Assembly: GCA_034408725.1 (NCBI GenBank)
Contig: JAWXCN010000161.1
Coordinates: 1-52,177, forward strand
Reading direction: 5' to 3'
DNA length: 52,177 nt
Source of the DNA: Candidatus Hydrogenedentota bacterium
GTDB lineage: Bacteria; Hydrogenedentota; Hydrogenedentia; Hydrogenedentales; SLHB01
Shown piece by piece: positions 28,911 to 38,996 of the stretch. The position numbers and the translations under genes were made by a program. The notes beneath the pieces were generated by a model. The model was not told the origin of the DNA. It worked only from the letters and a program-made list of their open reading frames with translations, and did no database searches. How positions within the stretch are numbered: position 1 is the first letter of the stretch; the number at the start of each line of letters is the position of its first letter.

Positions 28911-29018
28911 ATGGAAGTGGAACAGGATCTACCCCCAATTATTCGAATCCTTGTGTTTCTTTTTCGCGCAATGCGGTTATTGCTCGACGGATTTACCGGA
29001 CCAGTCGTCGCGGAATAG
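28911..29018 (+). CDS. Possible 35-aa hydrophobic peptide MEVEQDLPPIIRILVFLFRAMRLLLDGFTGPVVAE
   Basis: AGGAAGGA 8 nt before ATG. Confidence 0.4.
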   Translation: MEVEQDLPPIIRILVFLFRAMRLLLDGFTGPVVAE

Positions 29019-29216
29019 TCCGCGTATCCTCGAATAATTGCCGGTTGCGCCGTGCGCCGGCGTGAAGCCTCGTACCGCGAACGATTTGCGGTAGGGAAGG
29101 ACTCACGACACAAACCTTGCGGCATGCGGAAGTGTGGGCTTCCATCGCGATGCGCGTAATTTCGTGCCCGCGGGTGGAAGCCCGCGCTCATCTTAAGGCA
29201 TAATCACGCCCTTCAC

Positions 29217-29293
29217 GGGCGGCTAGCTCAGCTGGTTAGAGCATCTGCTTTACACGCAGGGGGTCGGGGGTTCGAATCCCTCGCCGCCCACCA
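29217..29293 (+). tRNA. tRNA-Val(TAC)
   Basis: GGGCGGC...GCCGCCC-ACCA acceptor, TTTACAC anticodon loop, GTTCGAATC T-loop. Confidence 0.97.
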
Positions 29294-29308
29294 TTTTCGA
29301 CTGTAGAC

Positions 29309-31645
29309 CTAATGCCGTGGGGCCTCGTAATTGACAGGGGCGCGCAGAATGCTCTCGGTACGCGACCGAACTTCGCGGACAAGGTCTGCACGTTCCGGGC
29401 TGTCAGAAAATGCCACTGCAGGGGTCTGTCGAAGCAGTCTGACTGCGACGCGGCACTCGGCCACGAGGGTGTCCTGATTTCCCCCTATTTCGACCCAAGC
29501 TTCGGTAAACTTCTTGCACTTCTCGGCGGCGTCATTGCCATCATAATCAAGGAGTTCCGAGCGGAATTCCTTGGCCAGATTTGTGGCGTACTTTACCGTC
29601 TTGATGCTTTCCGTGTTTTTCGCAATAGCACTGTCGATTTGATCCGTCAGTCTCACCATGTCCTGGATGTAGGGCGCTAGACCGGGGTTCTTTTTCTCGT
29701 ACTTTTGTAAGAAGTCCCGCAGTTCCTCGGAAAAGGTTTGATATTTATCGATACGGCCGCGAATGAGGGTGATGAATGCGACGACGTCATCTAGAGCCTT
29801 TTCCACATCAGCGCGACGCTCTTTTTGCTGGCCGCTTTCGTAGATCTCGTCCAGGGTGTCCCTCACCGTGCAGGTAGGCATTCCGGCAAAGGCTTCGTGT
29901 TGGCCTTCCACATCAAGGATGTACTCACAGGGTCCCACACCGAGACTGGTTCGCACCAAGTCCACGACGGTAAATTTGTCGAGGGGCGTGTCTGTTAAAC
30001 GGTTTAGCGGATAAATGATTGCCGGCCCGCGGAAGTTTGGCGTCCCTTCCAATGGAGCATATGACCCCCAGCTTTCGGTCAACAACGGCTCGAGCCAACC
30101 TTGGCCTTGGCGGTCCACCCAACACGGATAATGGAACCGCCCAAGACCCGAAGCGATCCGCGTACGGGTGCCCGATCCCCACCAGTCTTGTGCAGTCCAG
30201 GAGTCCTCTTCTTCCTCAAACAATCCATGCTTTTTAAATTTTCCGTCGCGCATCTCGGTCAGCATTTCCCAGCTATCGGTCAGATCGTCTGAACGTTTCC
30301 AGTCAACCCGCCAAAGCGCCGGATATGGACGCTGCCAGTCGAGCGGCAGCACCTTGCCCTTCTCGGTCTCCTTCACGTCGCGCATGTGCCAGACGCCATT
30401 GGCCGCGAGGAGGGCGACCCAAACTGATCCGTCCTTGCCGAAGGCGATTTCCGACGATTGAATCTGACGACTAAAGGCGTCGCCGTCCAGGACGACCCTA
30501 ATATCCTGATCGCGGTTATTCCAGACGTCCATCACGATCGCCTCGCCATCGCCGACCATGTGGAGGAGAAAGTTTTCACTGGGCAGCTCGGCCGTGTCGG
30601 CCAATACCTCCCTTGCGTCGACGACGATGTCATCCGCGAAGAAGTCGGGCAAAACCGCAAAACGGCTTGGAGCTTCCACGCGCAGCCCTGTTGCTCCAGC
30701 GACAGGTGTTACCTTTGCGATGACTTGGCCCATAGCGAGTTCGTAGCGCATTTTTATCGGCTGTCCATCGCTGGCACGGTGAGACACCTCTACAATTACT
30801 TCGTCCTGTTCACATTTTGTGATAGTGAGGGAGTCCATACCCTGCGCGGCGCCGGCGTTGCCAATGGGAACAAGATTGGCGTATGTCTTCTGAAATCCGG
30901 TGGTCTGTCCGCAAAGCTCCGCTCCGCTACCCGCTTTCCGAAGCACGACAGCCACTTGATTGTTCATCAGGACGGCGTCACCGGCAAACGTATGACCGGT
31001 CTCTCCTTCGGGCACCTGCGTCCATCCAGTCTGGGACGTAAGTTCACCTTGCGTGTAGGGTTTTGGTGATGCGGAGCCTGTGTCGTAGATGGTGGTGAAC
31101 GGCGAATTCGAGCTACTCGCCATCTCCCTACGCATTGCCTTGTCAATCTCTGCCTGCTGAGAAGGGGTGCCTGTCACGTCTGCCCGTTGCGGACGATCGC
31201 CGAACTCATTGCCCGGAGTCACGCCCCTCCAGTAAGCAAACAGAAAAAATGCCGCTGCGGCAACGCCAATCACGGCGACGACAACGCCAATGCCGACAAC
31301 GGGTAACCGGCTGCCGCTTTTGGCGCGCGAAATTGACGTTGACCGTATCGCGCCTTGCGCGGGAGTACCCGGACTCGGCGCAAGTTTCGGGTCACCCTCA
31401 AGACGAACCTTCAAATCACGCGCACGAGCATCCTGAAACAGCGCTTCAAGCGATTTGCACACCTGCAGGGCCTCGCCTTTCTGGCCCAGCGCCGCCAGAC
31501 ACAACGCCCGCGGGTACATGATGTCCTTCGTTAAGGGTAGGTCTGAATCGAGTTGGTTAAGGAGTTGCAGGGCTTCCGGATATCGCTTTTCGCGGTACAG
31601 CGCGGTCGCCTGCCCGAACTTGCGGTCCGCATCATTCGTGCTCAC
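29309..31645 (-). CDS. Unknown protein, paralog A: N-terminal TPR-like unit + TM anchor + ~590-aa conserved unknown domain
   Basis: Shares VLPDFFADDIV, LPSENFLL, LGVGPCxYILD etc. with 35362-37233 and 37240-38991. Confidence 0.85.
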   Translation of the reverse strand: MSTNDADRKFGQATALYREKRYPEALQLLNQLDSDLPLTKDIMYPRALCLAALGQKGEALQVCKSLEALFQDARARDLKVRLEGDPKLAPSPGTPAQGAIRSTSISRAKSGSRLPVVGIGVVVAVIGVAAAAFFLFAYWRGVTPGNEFGDRPQRADVTGTPSQQAEIDKAMRREMASSSNSPFTTIYDTGSASPKPYTQGELTSQTGWTQVPEGETGHTFAGDAVLMNNQVAVVLRKAGSGAELCGQTTGFQKTYANLVPIGNAGAAQGMDSLTITKCEQDEVIVEVSHRASDGQPIKMRYELAMGQVIAKVTPVAGATGLRVEAPSRFAVLPDFFADDIVVDAREVLADTAELPSENFLLHMVGDGEAIVMDVWNNRDQDIRVVLDGDAFSRQIQSSEIAFGKDGSVWVALLAANGVWHMRDVKETEKGKVLPLDWQRPYPALWRVDWKRSDDLTDSWEMLTEMRDGKFKKHGLFEEEEDSWTAQDWWGSGTRTRIASGLGRFHYPCWVDRQGQGWLEPLLTESWGSYAPLEGTPNFRGPAIIYPLNRLTDTPLDKFTVVDLVRTSLGVGPCEYILDVEGQHEAFAGMPTCTVRDTLDEIYESGQQKERRADVEKALDDVVAFITLIRGRIDKYQTFSEELRDFLQKYEKKNPGLAPYIQDMVRLTDQIDSAIAKNTESIKTVKYATNLAKEFRSELLDYDGNDAAEKCKKFTEAWVEIGGNQDTLVAECRVAVRLLRQTPAVAFSDSPERADLVREVRSRTESILRAPVNYEAPRH

Positions 31646-31801
31646 GGCATTGATCCCCCAGCCATTTCGGTCACAGATTCTCCCTCTTGGCCGAACGTGA
31701 GTTCCGAAGGCTGATCTACCAGCAATTGTAGTCCGTTATGGCCATGCCTTCAACATCGACTACGCTGTAGATCGCAATGGTGGATTAGATTTTGTGGCGT
31801 G

Positions 31802-32950
31802 TTATCGATCAAGGAATGTGCGGAATGAATCGCTTTCCAGCAAAAACGTCGCGAGTGCAACATATCCTTCCGCGATAGGATGGCTCGCATCAGCGTACAA
31901 CCCGCTCGGAAGGACGGCCGGAGCCAAATGATCCACGTGGCTCTGAACGAGCCATGCGTCCATATCGGCGTGAATATCGGCAAAAATCGCGCGGCTCTCG
32001 TCAGTCAACATGTGCTCGTTAAATGGGCCGAGTATCACGAACACGCGATTCCCGCGACTCTGGAGCGTGGACAATGATCGCTTAAAGAACGCCCATTGCA
32101 GGGAATTCTCCGGCGCCACCCAATCGAAGGACTGGGACCGTGCGTCCTTCTCCGCCCACGGAATCGGATCGCTCGGCGCTGAATCCTCGGGCTGCGGAAG
32201 CCGGAGAGTGAGCGCGCCCAGCGGGTTCGCGTATGGATTTTCAATGGCCCACGACGCGAGACTTTGATTGTCAAAATAAGTCCTTCGTAGGTGCGCCGTC
32301 CAACTCAAAAATGTGAAATCACGCGCAATAGCAATGCTTAAACGGTCAGACACGGTTGCGTCATAGCACGGAATGCGTGGGTAAAACTGCGGAACGAGCT
32401 GGGGGTGGTTGAACGTCGTGGCCTTGGTGATTTGCAGGTCGCGACGTTTTGAACTCATCCAGAGAGGATTGTATTGCAGAATGATCTTGCGATCCGCGAT
32501 CGCGGCTCCGTAGTACGTAATTAGCCCGGACAGAGCGACTGGGTGGCTTCCATTCACGCCCAGGTTTGCAAACTCGGTCTTACCCGTCTGCTTGTTCAGC
32601 GCGTGAGACAGCGTTTCGCCGGGGCGCACGTATTGGCCCCAGATCACGGAATCGCCGACGACTGGAATTATGTCTCGATTTTTCAATACCGTCTTTGCGT
32701 ATCGCTCATACAGCCAATAATCCTCGCTTAACGAATAGGGAATTCGATGGTCTGGTGTTATTTCCAGAGGTTCGATCCATTGCCAGACGCGCGGCAATCC
32801 CATGTAGATAGTGGTCAGGATTACTGCGGCTACGATCCACTGTACCGCGCCAAGTCGCACGGCATTCGAGCCAAATAGCACGCCACTGGGCGGGTCCAGG
32901 TATTGCCCCAGTTCGTTCGATTGTATTCGCTCTCGCGGCAACAGCTTCAT
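31802..32950 (-). CDS. Membrane-anchored SGNH/DltD-like protein
   Basis: VVGDSVIWG, NLGVNG, YNP, DASH motifs; N-terminal TM; ATG at 32950 directly after MBOAT stop. Confidence 0.8.
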   Translation of the reverse strand: MKLLPRERIQSNELGQYLDPPSGVLFGSNAVRLGAVQWIVAAVILTTIYMGLPRVWQWIEPLEITPDHRIPYSLSEDYWLYERYAKTVLKNRDIIPVVGDSVIWGQYVRPGETLSHALNKQTGKTEFANLGVNGSHPVALSGLITYYGAAIADRKIILQYNPLWMSSKRRDLQITKATTFNHPQLVPQFYPRIPCYDATVSDRLSIAIARDFTFLSWTAHLRRTYFDNQSLASWAIENPYANPLGALTLRLPQPEDSAPSDPIPWAEKDARSQSFDWVAPENSLQWAFFKRSLSTLQSRGNRVFVILGPFNEHMLTDESRAIFADIHADMDAWLVQSHVDHLAPAVLPSGLYADASHPIAEGYVALATFLLESDSFRTFLDR

Positions 32951-32952
32951 CC

Positions 32953-34332
32953 TTAGAATTGGAAATAGATAAACGCCTGTTCGCCCGATGATGCGAACAG
33001 TGCGACACAGAGCATCATTCCCACCACACACGCGATCCGCACCGGTGCGAGTTCTAACACCTTGCGCGCCGGTGACTCATACACGAATTGGTAAGCCCAA
33101 ATGGATGCCACAAGACCGAGCGCAACGAGCGGAAATCCCGGATCGGCCGTCCAACTCGCCGTAGCAATTCTGGTAACAATGGTCCACGCGTGTTCCACGC
33201 TCGTGGCGCGGAAGAAGATCCAAGCGAATGTTACGAACGAGAATACGAAAACTTGTTTAAGCAAACGCGGCACACGTTCGCGGTAAAACGTGGTCCGTTC
33301 GAGTTCGCGCGTCAACATGCGTCCGATGGCGTGCAGGGCGCCCCAGATAACAAAATTCCACGCAGCGCCGTGCCACAATCCGGATATGATCATGGTAAGA
33401 AAGATATTGCGATACAACTGCAACGCACCGCCGCGATTGCCGCCGAGAGGAACGTACACATAGTCCCGGAACCATGACGAAAGGCTGATATGCCAGCGGG
33501 ACCAAAAATCACCCAAGTCCGTTGCGAGGTAAGGATTTCGAAAATTGAGCACCAACTGAAATCCCATGACGCTTCCTATGCCGCGGGCCATATCGGTGTA
33601 TCCGCTGAAATCGAAATAGATTTGCCACGCGAATGCAAATGTCGCAAGGGCCAACGCCGCAGCATCGAATTCGGTCGGATCTGCGTAGACCTTGTCGACG
33701 TAAAGCGCGAGAAAATCGGCCAAAACGATTTTCTTGAACAGTCCAACAACGAAGAGCGAGATGCCGTCCGTAACATTCCTGGACGTAATACGGGATTCTC
33801 CCTGCAACTGAGGTAACAGATGGCGTGCACGTTCGATTGGACCCGCGACCAACTGCGGAAAGAACGAGACGAAGGTCATATACCGCAACAGATTTTTCTC
33901 GCGTTCAATCTTGCCGCCATAGTAATCGATGATGTAACTCAGGGACTGGAAAACGTGAAACGAAATCCCGACGGGCAATGTCACGTCTAGTATGTTTACC
34001 GCGTATCCAACGTGAAAGGCGGCCAACCCGGCATTGAGATTTTCGACGAGGAAGTCCCCGTATTTGAAGAAGGCAAGTATCCCGATATTATTAACGATAC
34101 TGACCGCCAACCAGAGTCCCTTGCGTTGGCTTCGTTCCATAAACGCGACGGCAACAAAATCGACGGCGCTCGCGTAACCAATCAGCAGGAGGTAGAAGGG
34201 GTTCCACCAGCCATAGAACACGTAGGAGGCGAGAAACAACCAAGGGGTGCGCAGCCTTGTATTCCTCACGACGAGAAAGACGGGATACACAATGGAAAAG
34301 AAAATCAGAAATGTCCACGTATGAAAAAGCAA
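32953..34332 (-). CDS. MBOAT family O-acyltransferase (AlgI/DltB/PatA-like)
   Basis: LPVGISFH.FQ, FFPQLVAGPIER, QIYFDFSGYTD, FWSRWHISLSSWFRDY, GLWHGA. Confidence 0.96.
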   Translation of the reverse strand: MLFHTWTFLIFFSIVYPVFLVVRNTRLRTPWLFLASYVFYGWWNPFYLLLIGYASAVDFVAVAFMERSQRKGLWLAVSIVNNIGILAFFKYGDFLVENLNAGLAAFHVGYAVNILDVTLPVGISFHVFQSLSYIIDYYGGKIEREKNLLRYMTFVSFFPQLVAGPIERARHLLPQLQGESRITSRNVTDGISLFVVGLFKKIVLADFLALYVDKVYADPTEFDAAALALATFAFAWQIYFDFSGYTDMARGIGSVMGFQLVLNFRNPYLATDLGDFWSRWHISLSSWFRDYVYVPLGGNRGGALQLYRNIFLTMIISGLWHGAAWNFVIWGALHAIGRMLTRELERTTFYRERVPRLLKQVFVFSFVTFAWIFFRATSVEHAWTIVTRIATASWTADPGFPLVALGLVASIWAYQFVYESPARKVLELAPVRIACVVGMMLCVALFASSGEQAFIYFQF

Positions 34333-34407
34333 GACGTCCCCTTGGTCCCTGAAACCCCGAAACCGATCTGCAGTCGCGCGGGCTACAAATCAACTGCCCG
34401 CTGCAAT

Positions 34408-35310
34408 TTAGTTGCCCGGCGCAACCGCGCGCTTTACGCAGCGGAACCCGTAAGCGTCGTATCCGAAGCAGACATCCGCGAGGCCGGGCGCCTCGCTGTA
34501 CCGCGCGGAGGCACGGCAAAGATCGGGTCCGCTGTTCCATCCGCCGCCGCGCAATACCCGTTCGTCCCCTTCTCCCGTGTTGCACGGATTCCCGGCGGGA
34601 CTTTGCGCAAAATAGTCTTCGTTGTACACGTCAATGCACCACTCGAAAACATTACCGTGCATATCGTACAGACCCCAGGCGTTGGGCTGCTTCTCACCGA
34701 CCGGATGTGTGCTGTCGCCTGCGTTCGCCTTGTACCAACCGGCTTCGCCAAGTTTGCTCTCGCCGCCGGTAAACGAAAATTCGCCGGTGGTCCCGGCGCG
34801 GCACGCATATTCCCATTCGGCCTCGGTGGGCAACCGATAGCCATCAGCCTCGAAATTGCACGCCAACGTATCGAGATTGTAGCAGGCCTTGAGCCCTTCC
34901 TTGAGCGAACGCATGTTGCAATACTTGATCGCTGCCAACCAACCGAGTTGCTCAACAGGTTGGCGCGGGTCTTTGTGTTTCGACGGGTTCGTCCCCATGA
35001 ACGTTTCGTACGACTCCTGGGTCACTTCATATACGTCCATATAGAACCCGTCGATCTTCACCGAATGTGCGGGACGTTCATCCTCCTCGCCAGCATCGTT
35101 TCCCATGATGAAATCGGCCGCTGGAATCGCCACCATCTTGATACCCGCAGCCGTAGTGATCGCCGTGCTCGCTTTAAGCTTCGCGGCCTTCGATTGCTCG
35201 GTTGGAACGGCGGGCGCCTGCGGTGTCCCGGTCTTTTCCACGCCGCAACTCACGACCAAGCACAGAAATATAACGACGCAAATCGTCCGACCGCATCTGC
35301 CGTTGCCCAT
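34408..35310 (-). CDS. FGE-sulfatase (SUMF1-like) domain lipoprotein
   Basis: Lipobox-like VVSC; RLPTEAEWEYACRAG, PNAWGLYDMHGNVFEW, RVLRGGGW, GFRC. Confidence 0.93.
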   Translation of the reverse strand: MGNGRCGRTICVVIFLCLVVSCGVEKTGTPQAPAVPTEQSKAAKLKASTAITTAAGIKMVAIPAADFIMGNDAGEEDERPAHSVKIDGFYMDVYEVTQESYETFMGTNPSKHKDPRQPVEQLGWLAAIKYCNMRSLKEGLKACYNLDTLACNFEADGYRLPTEAEWEYACRAGTTGEFSFTGGESKLGEAGWYKANAGDSTHPVGEKQPNAWGLYDMHGNVFEWCIDVYNEDYFAQSPAGNPCNTGEGDERVLRGGGWNSGPDLCRASARYSEAPGLADVCFGYDAYGFRCVKRAVAPGN

Positions 35311-35361
35311 AGTCCGCCAGTCCTTTCGTTGTCACCGCGTTGTTCCTTTCCCGGCTCGCGT

Positions 35362-37233
35362 TCAATGACGCGCAGCCTCGTAGTTCACGGGGTCCCTGAG
35401 CACCGCCTGAGTGCGCGTTCGGATTTCCGCCACGATGGGCGCGACGCGTGAATCGCGCGCCATTTCTAGCGCAGCCCGTTGTCTCAACACTTTTACGGCG
35501 CGGCGACATTCGGCCACTAATTCGTCCTGGTTGTCACCGATCTTCACGAATCCGCTCGTCAGCGTCTCACACCGCTTAGATGCATCCGGTCCTAGGTAGC
35601 CAACAAGCGTGGTTCGGAATTCGTCGACCAACGCGGTCGCATGTTCTGGCGTATTCATTCCTTCTTTGCGCCGCTCTACACCCGCGTCAATTTCGCGGGC
35701 AAGTTCCAGCATCTCGTCGAGGAAGTCTGTCAGTCCCGGGTTTTTGCCCCGCTGATCACTCAAATACGCCTGCATGTCATTTCCGAACCCACTATACTGC
35801 TCGATGCGTCCGCGAATCAGCCGCATGAACACCAATACGTCGTCGAGCGCCTGATTTACATCCGCCGTGCGGCTACCCTGTTCACCTTTTTCGTAAATGG
35901 GGTCCAAGAAATCGCGTATGGCGCATGTGGGTTTGCCTTTGAAGGACAAACCCTGCCCTTCCAAGTCGAGGATGTACTGGCAGGGGCCCACCCCAAGGGT
36001 GTTCCGAACGACGTCCGTTACCGTGTAGTCGGAGAGCGGCGTGTCCGAGCTTCGATTGATGGGATAGACAACCGCCGGCCCCGCGAACCTGGTTCCCTTC
36101 TTGAGAGGCTGTAGATACGCCTTTCCCTCTTTGTCGAACCAACATGGGTACCAGTAGCCGCCGATTCCGCCCGTGTTCCAGCGCCGGCGCGGCTTGTTGT
36201 CGAACCACCAATCCTCGTCTGTCCAATCGTCCCGGCTGACTTCGAACAGATCGCTCTTTCGGAACGAGCCGTCCGGGTTTTCAATAGCCATCTCCCAACT
36301 GTCCGTCAACGAATCGGCCGTCCGCCAATCCACCCGCCAAACCGCCGGAAACGGGCGCATCCAATCCAGAGAAAGGATCTTGTCGCTGTCTTTCTCCGAC
36401 ACGAAGCGTCCATGCCAAATGCCAGGCCGTGTCATCACCGCGACCCAGACCGCGTTGCCTTCGCCAAATTCAATCTCTGTGCTTTCAATGACCGACCGGC
36501 CCGCCGCTTTCCCCATGGTTACGCGAACGTCTTGATTACGCTTGTCCCAGACGTTCATGACGATTCCATTTCCTTGATCGAAAAGCTGCAGCAAGAAATT
36601 CTCGCTCGGCAACTCAGCCGTTTGCGCGGGAATATCTTCCGCCCCAATCACGATGTCATCGGCGAAGAAATCCGGCAAAACGACGTAATCGCAAGGCGCG
36701 CCGACGATAATTGCGCGCGCACGTTTTAGTGGCTGCACCTTAACGAAAGGTTGGCCAACGGTCAGTTCAAGCCGCATCCCCTGGGGTTCGCCATTTGCGG
36801 CGCTGTACTCCGCTTCGATTGCAACGTTGTCCTGGACATTGTTTGCAATCTTCAACGACTGCAATGGTGTCGCGCCGTCGCTGTCGGTGAGCGTTAACGA
36901 CGCGCACGAGACTGGTCCTTCCGGACCGAACGAAAAAACCTCCGCGCCATGGCCTGACCGGCGCACCATGATCGCGATTCGATCATTAAGAATCACCGCG
37001 TCACCTTTGAAGGAATGCTCCACCGTGTCCTCAGGCACGGCTATCCATCCAGCGCGCGCCGAAATATTCGCGGATTGAATCGACACTTCCGACGATGTGT
37101 TCGTATCGAAGATGCGGGTGAAAGGTTCGGTCACGCTGTTGTCGCCCAAGGCTACTCCGGGCATCGCTACCGAACCCGCCGCGAGTATCGCAATCGCGAA
37201 CACGTCGCGGCGAGAATTCCTGCTACTCCACAT
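35362..37233 (-). CDS. Unknown exported protein, paralog B (possible Tat signal SRRDVF)
   Basis: Shared motif blocks with paralogs A and C; ends PVNYEAARH. Confidence 0.85.
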   Translation of the reverse strand: MWSSRNSRRDVFAIAILAAGSVAMPGVALGDNSVTEPFTRIFDTNTSSEVSIQSANISARAGWIAVPEDTVEHSFKGDAVILNDRIAIMVRRSGHGAEVFSFGPEGPVSCASLTLTDSDGATPLQSLKIANNVQDNVAIEAEYSAANGEPQGMRLELTVGQPFVKVQPLKRARAIIVGAPCDYVVLPDFFADDIVIGAEDIPAQTAELPSENFLLQLFDQGNGIVMNVWDKRNQDVRVTMGKAAGRSVIESTEIEFGEGNAVWVAVMTRPGIWHGRFVSEKDSDKILSLDWMRPFPAVWRVDWRTADSLTDSWEMAIENPDGSFRKSDLFEVSRDDWTDEDWWFDNKPRRRWNTGGIGGYWYPCWFDKEGKAYLQPLKKGTRFAGPAVVYPINRSSDTPLSDYTVTDVVRNTLGVGPCQYILDLEGQGLSFKGKPTCAIRDFLDPIYEKGEQGSRTADVNQALDDVLVFMRLIRGRIEQYSGFGNDMQAYLSDQRGKNPGLTDFLDEMLELAREIDAGVERRKEGMNTPEHATALVDEFRTTLVGYLGPDASKRCETLTSGFVKIGDNQDELVAECRRAVKVLRQRAALEMARDSRVAPIVAEIRTRTQAVLRDPVNYEAARH

Positions 37234-37239
37234 GGCGCA

Positions 37240-38991
37240 TTATTCTTTCGCCTGAAAGGCCTCGTTGATGCACGCGACAATCTTTTCCGCGAGCAGCGCA
37301 GAACTCGATGCATTCGACTCCACGGACAGACAGTATTGCTTAAGGCGGCGCAGATCCATCCGGCACTTCGCCAGCGTGCGGTCCTGCGCGGCGCCTATCG
37401 ACCGAAGTTCGGAATCCACTCGCGTAAACGATTCCTGCCAATTCGCCTGGCCCACCAGGCCGGCCAACTCGTCCGCAAGCGCCTTGGCGTCCTTCGGCGA
37501 ACGTCTCGCCGGCGCAAGTTGCGCGATCGTCGCGTCTAATTCGTCGAGTATACGAACCATTTCCCTGGATTCAGCATTGTCCGATAGAGACGCACTGCCA
37601 GCGATGGAACGGATTTTTTCGCTAAGCGCCGCGTAGGCGGCGACCCGCGCGTCAGCGTGTTCAAGGTGCCCAGCCATTGCGTCGATGCGCTCGCGCATGG
37701 CTGCGGGATCTTGCCGCGACTTGTTCTTCTTCAATTTGCTCGCGACGTACTCACATACCAGCGCGGGCGTGGGAGACGTCTGCGCATCAAGCCCTTCCAC
37801 GTCCAGAATGTATTGGCAGGGTCCGACGCCAAGCGTGCTACGCATCACATCGACCAATAAGAACTCGTTCAGCGGCGTGGCCTGCGATCGATCGATGGGG
37901 TACACCACTGCGCGCATCGGTGACGACGACTCGAATGGCGGAGCGTGGATGTACGGCGTGTTGTCCGTGAACCAACTGGGATACACAATCGTCCCCATTG
38001 CCGGCGAATTGTAATCTGCAATACGCGCATCGGCGAAGTTCCACGATTGCGCCACTTCGGAATCCGCCACGAGGCTTGCGCGCCACTTCGCCGGAAACGG
38101 CGCCCGCCATTTGAGCGCCACGTCCGCCTTTTGTTCGTCTTCAGCAATCGATCGCGCGTGCCAAAGGTTGGAGCGTTCCGCAAAGGCCACCCATACCGGC
38201 TTGCCGGCGGAACATTCGATTTCCGAGCGCGCGATGGTCCGCTTCTCGCTTTCGCCGCCGAAAACCGCGCGCGCTGTGCGCCCAGTCGATTGCCAGACGC
38301 ATGTAATAATCGAACTCCCGTCGCCCGATAGATGGAAGAAGAAATTTTCCGCGGGAAGCGCCGCCGATTTTTCGTTGCCGCGGCGCGCATCGTACACGAT
38401 GTCGTCCGCGAAGAAATCTGGCACAACCAGGAAATGGGTCTGGCCTTCGACAAGGATTGCATCCACGTAGTTTTTCGGCATCACCTGGACCTGAATCTGT
38501 CCTGTAGTCAACCGATACGTTAGTGAGAGGGGTTTGCCTTGCCGTGTCCCATATTCCGTTTCGACCTCCGTAGCCCCAGTTGTATTCTCGACAATTTCCA
38601 GCCGCCGCAATTTCGTCGTCTCATCGCCCGGCATGGCAGCCGGCGCGATTGTCGCACGGTAGACGGGGCCATTCTCGCCAAGCGCGTACACTTCCGGGCC
38701 GGCAGCTTCACGCCTAATGACAACCGCAATCCGATCATTTAACAGAACCGTATCGCCCGTGAACGCATGAGCGTGGTCGTCTTCCGCCAGCAGCCTCCAG
38801 CCCATTTTGTCCGCGATGGCGTTCGATGCAAGCCGTGATGACGATGGGCTGCCCGTATCGAGAATGTAGGTAAAAATTGGCCCCGTGTCTTGAATGACTT
38901 GATTGATGCTGACCTGCGCGAACACGAACATCGGGCACAACGCAACGATCGCAGCCTTTGTGATTGTCGACCTCATTACTCTGAAACCCAT
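37240..38991 (-). CDS. Unknown exported protein, paralog C
   Basis: Shared motif blocks; Sec-like signal; start at 38991 or 38976. Confidence 0.85.
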   Translation of the reverse strand: MGFRVMRSTITKAAIVALCPMFVFAQVSINQVIQDTGPIFTYILDTGSPSSSRLASNAIADKMGWRLLAEDDHAHAFTGDTVLLNDRIAVVIRREAAGPEVYALGENGPVYRATIAPAAMPGDETTKLRRLEIVENTTGATEVETEYGTRQGKPLSLTYRLTTGQIQVQVMPKNYVDAILVEGQTHFLVVPDFFADDIVYDARRGNEKSAALPAENFFFHLSGDGSSIITCVWQSTGRTARAVFGGESEKRTIARSEIECSAGKPVWVAFAERSNLWHARSIAEDEQKADVALKWRAPFPAKWRASLVADSEVAQSWNFADARIADYNSPAMGTIVYPSWFTDNTPYIHAPPFESSSPMRAVVYPIDRSQATPLNEFLLVDVMRSTLGVGPCQYILDVEGLDAQTSPTPALVCEYVASKLKKNKSRQDPAAMRERIDAMAGHLEHADARVAAYAALSEKIRSIAGSASLSDNAESREMVRILDELDATIAQLAPARRSPKDAKALADELAGLVGQANWQESFTRVDSELRSIGAAQDRTLAKCRMDLRRLKQYCLSVESNASSSALLAEKIVACINEAFQAKE

Positions 38992-38996
38992 AATCG

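Noticed and set aside
34408-34600. Diversity-generating retroelement (FGE/CLec-fold target plus bAvd-like four-helix-bundle genes in the window)
   Set aside because: No reverse transcriptase, and no second adenine-variant copy of the FGE 3' region was seen; the four-helix-bundle genes are over 26 kb away.
34012-35451. Long antisense ORFs (e.g. 34012-35451, 41611-42861, 2236-3141, 47586-48539)
   Set aside because: They overlap well-supported genes on the opposite strand and lack motifs; typical of high-GC codon bias.
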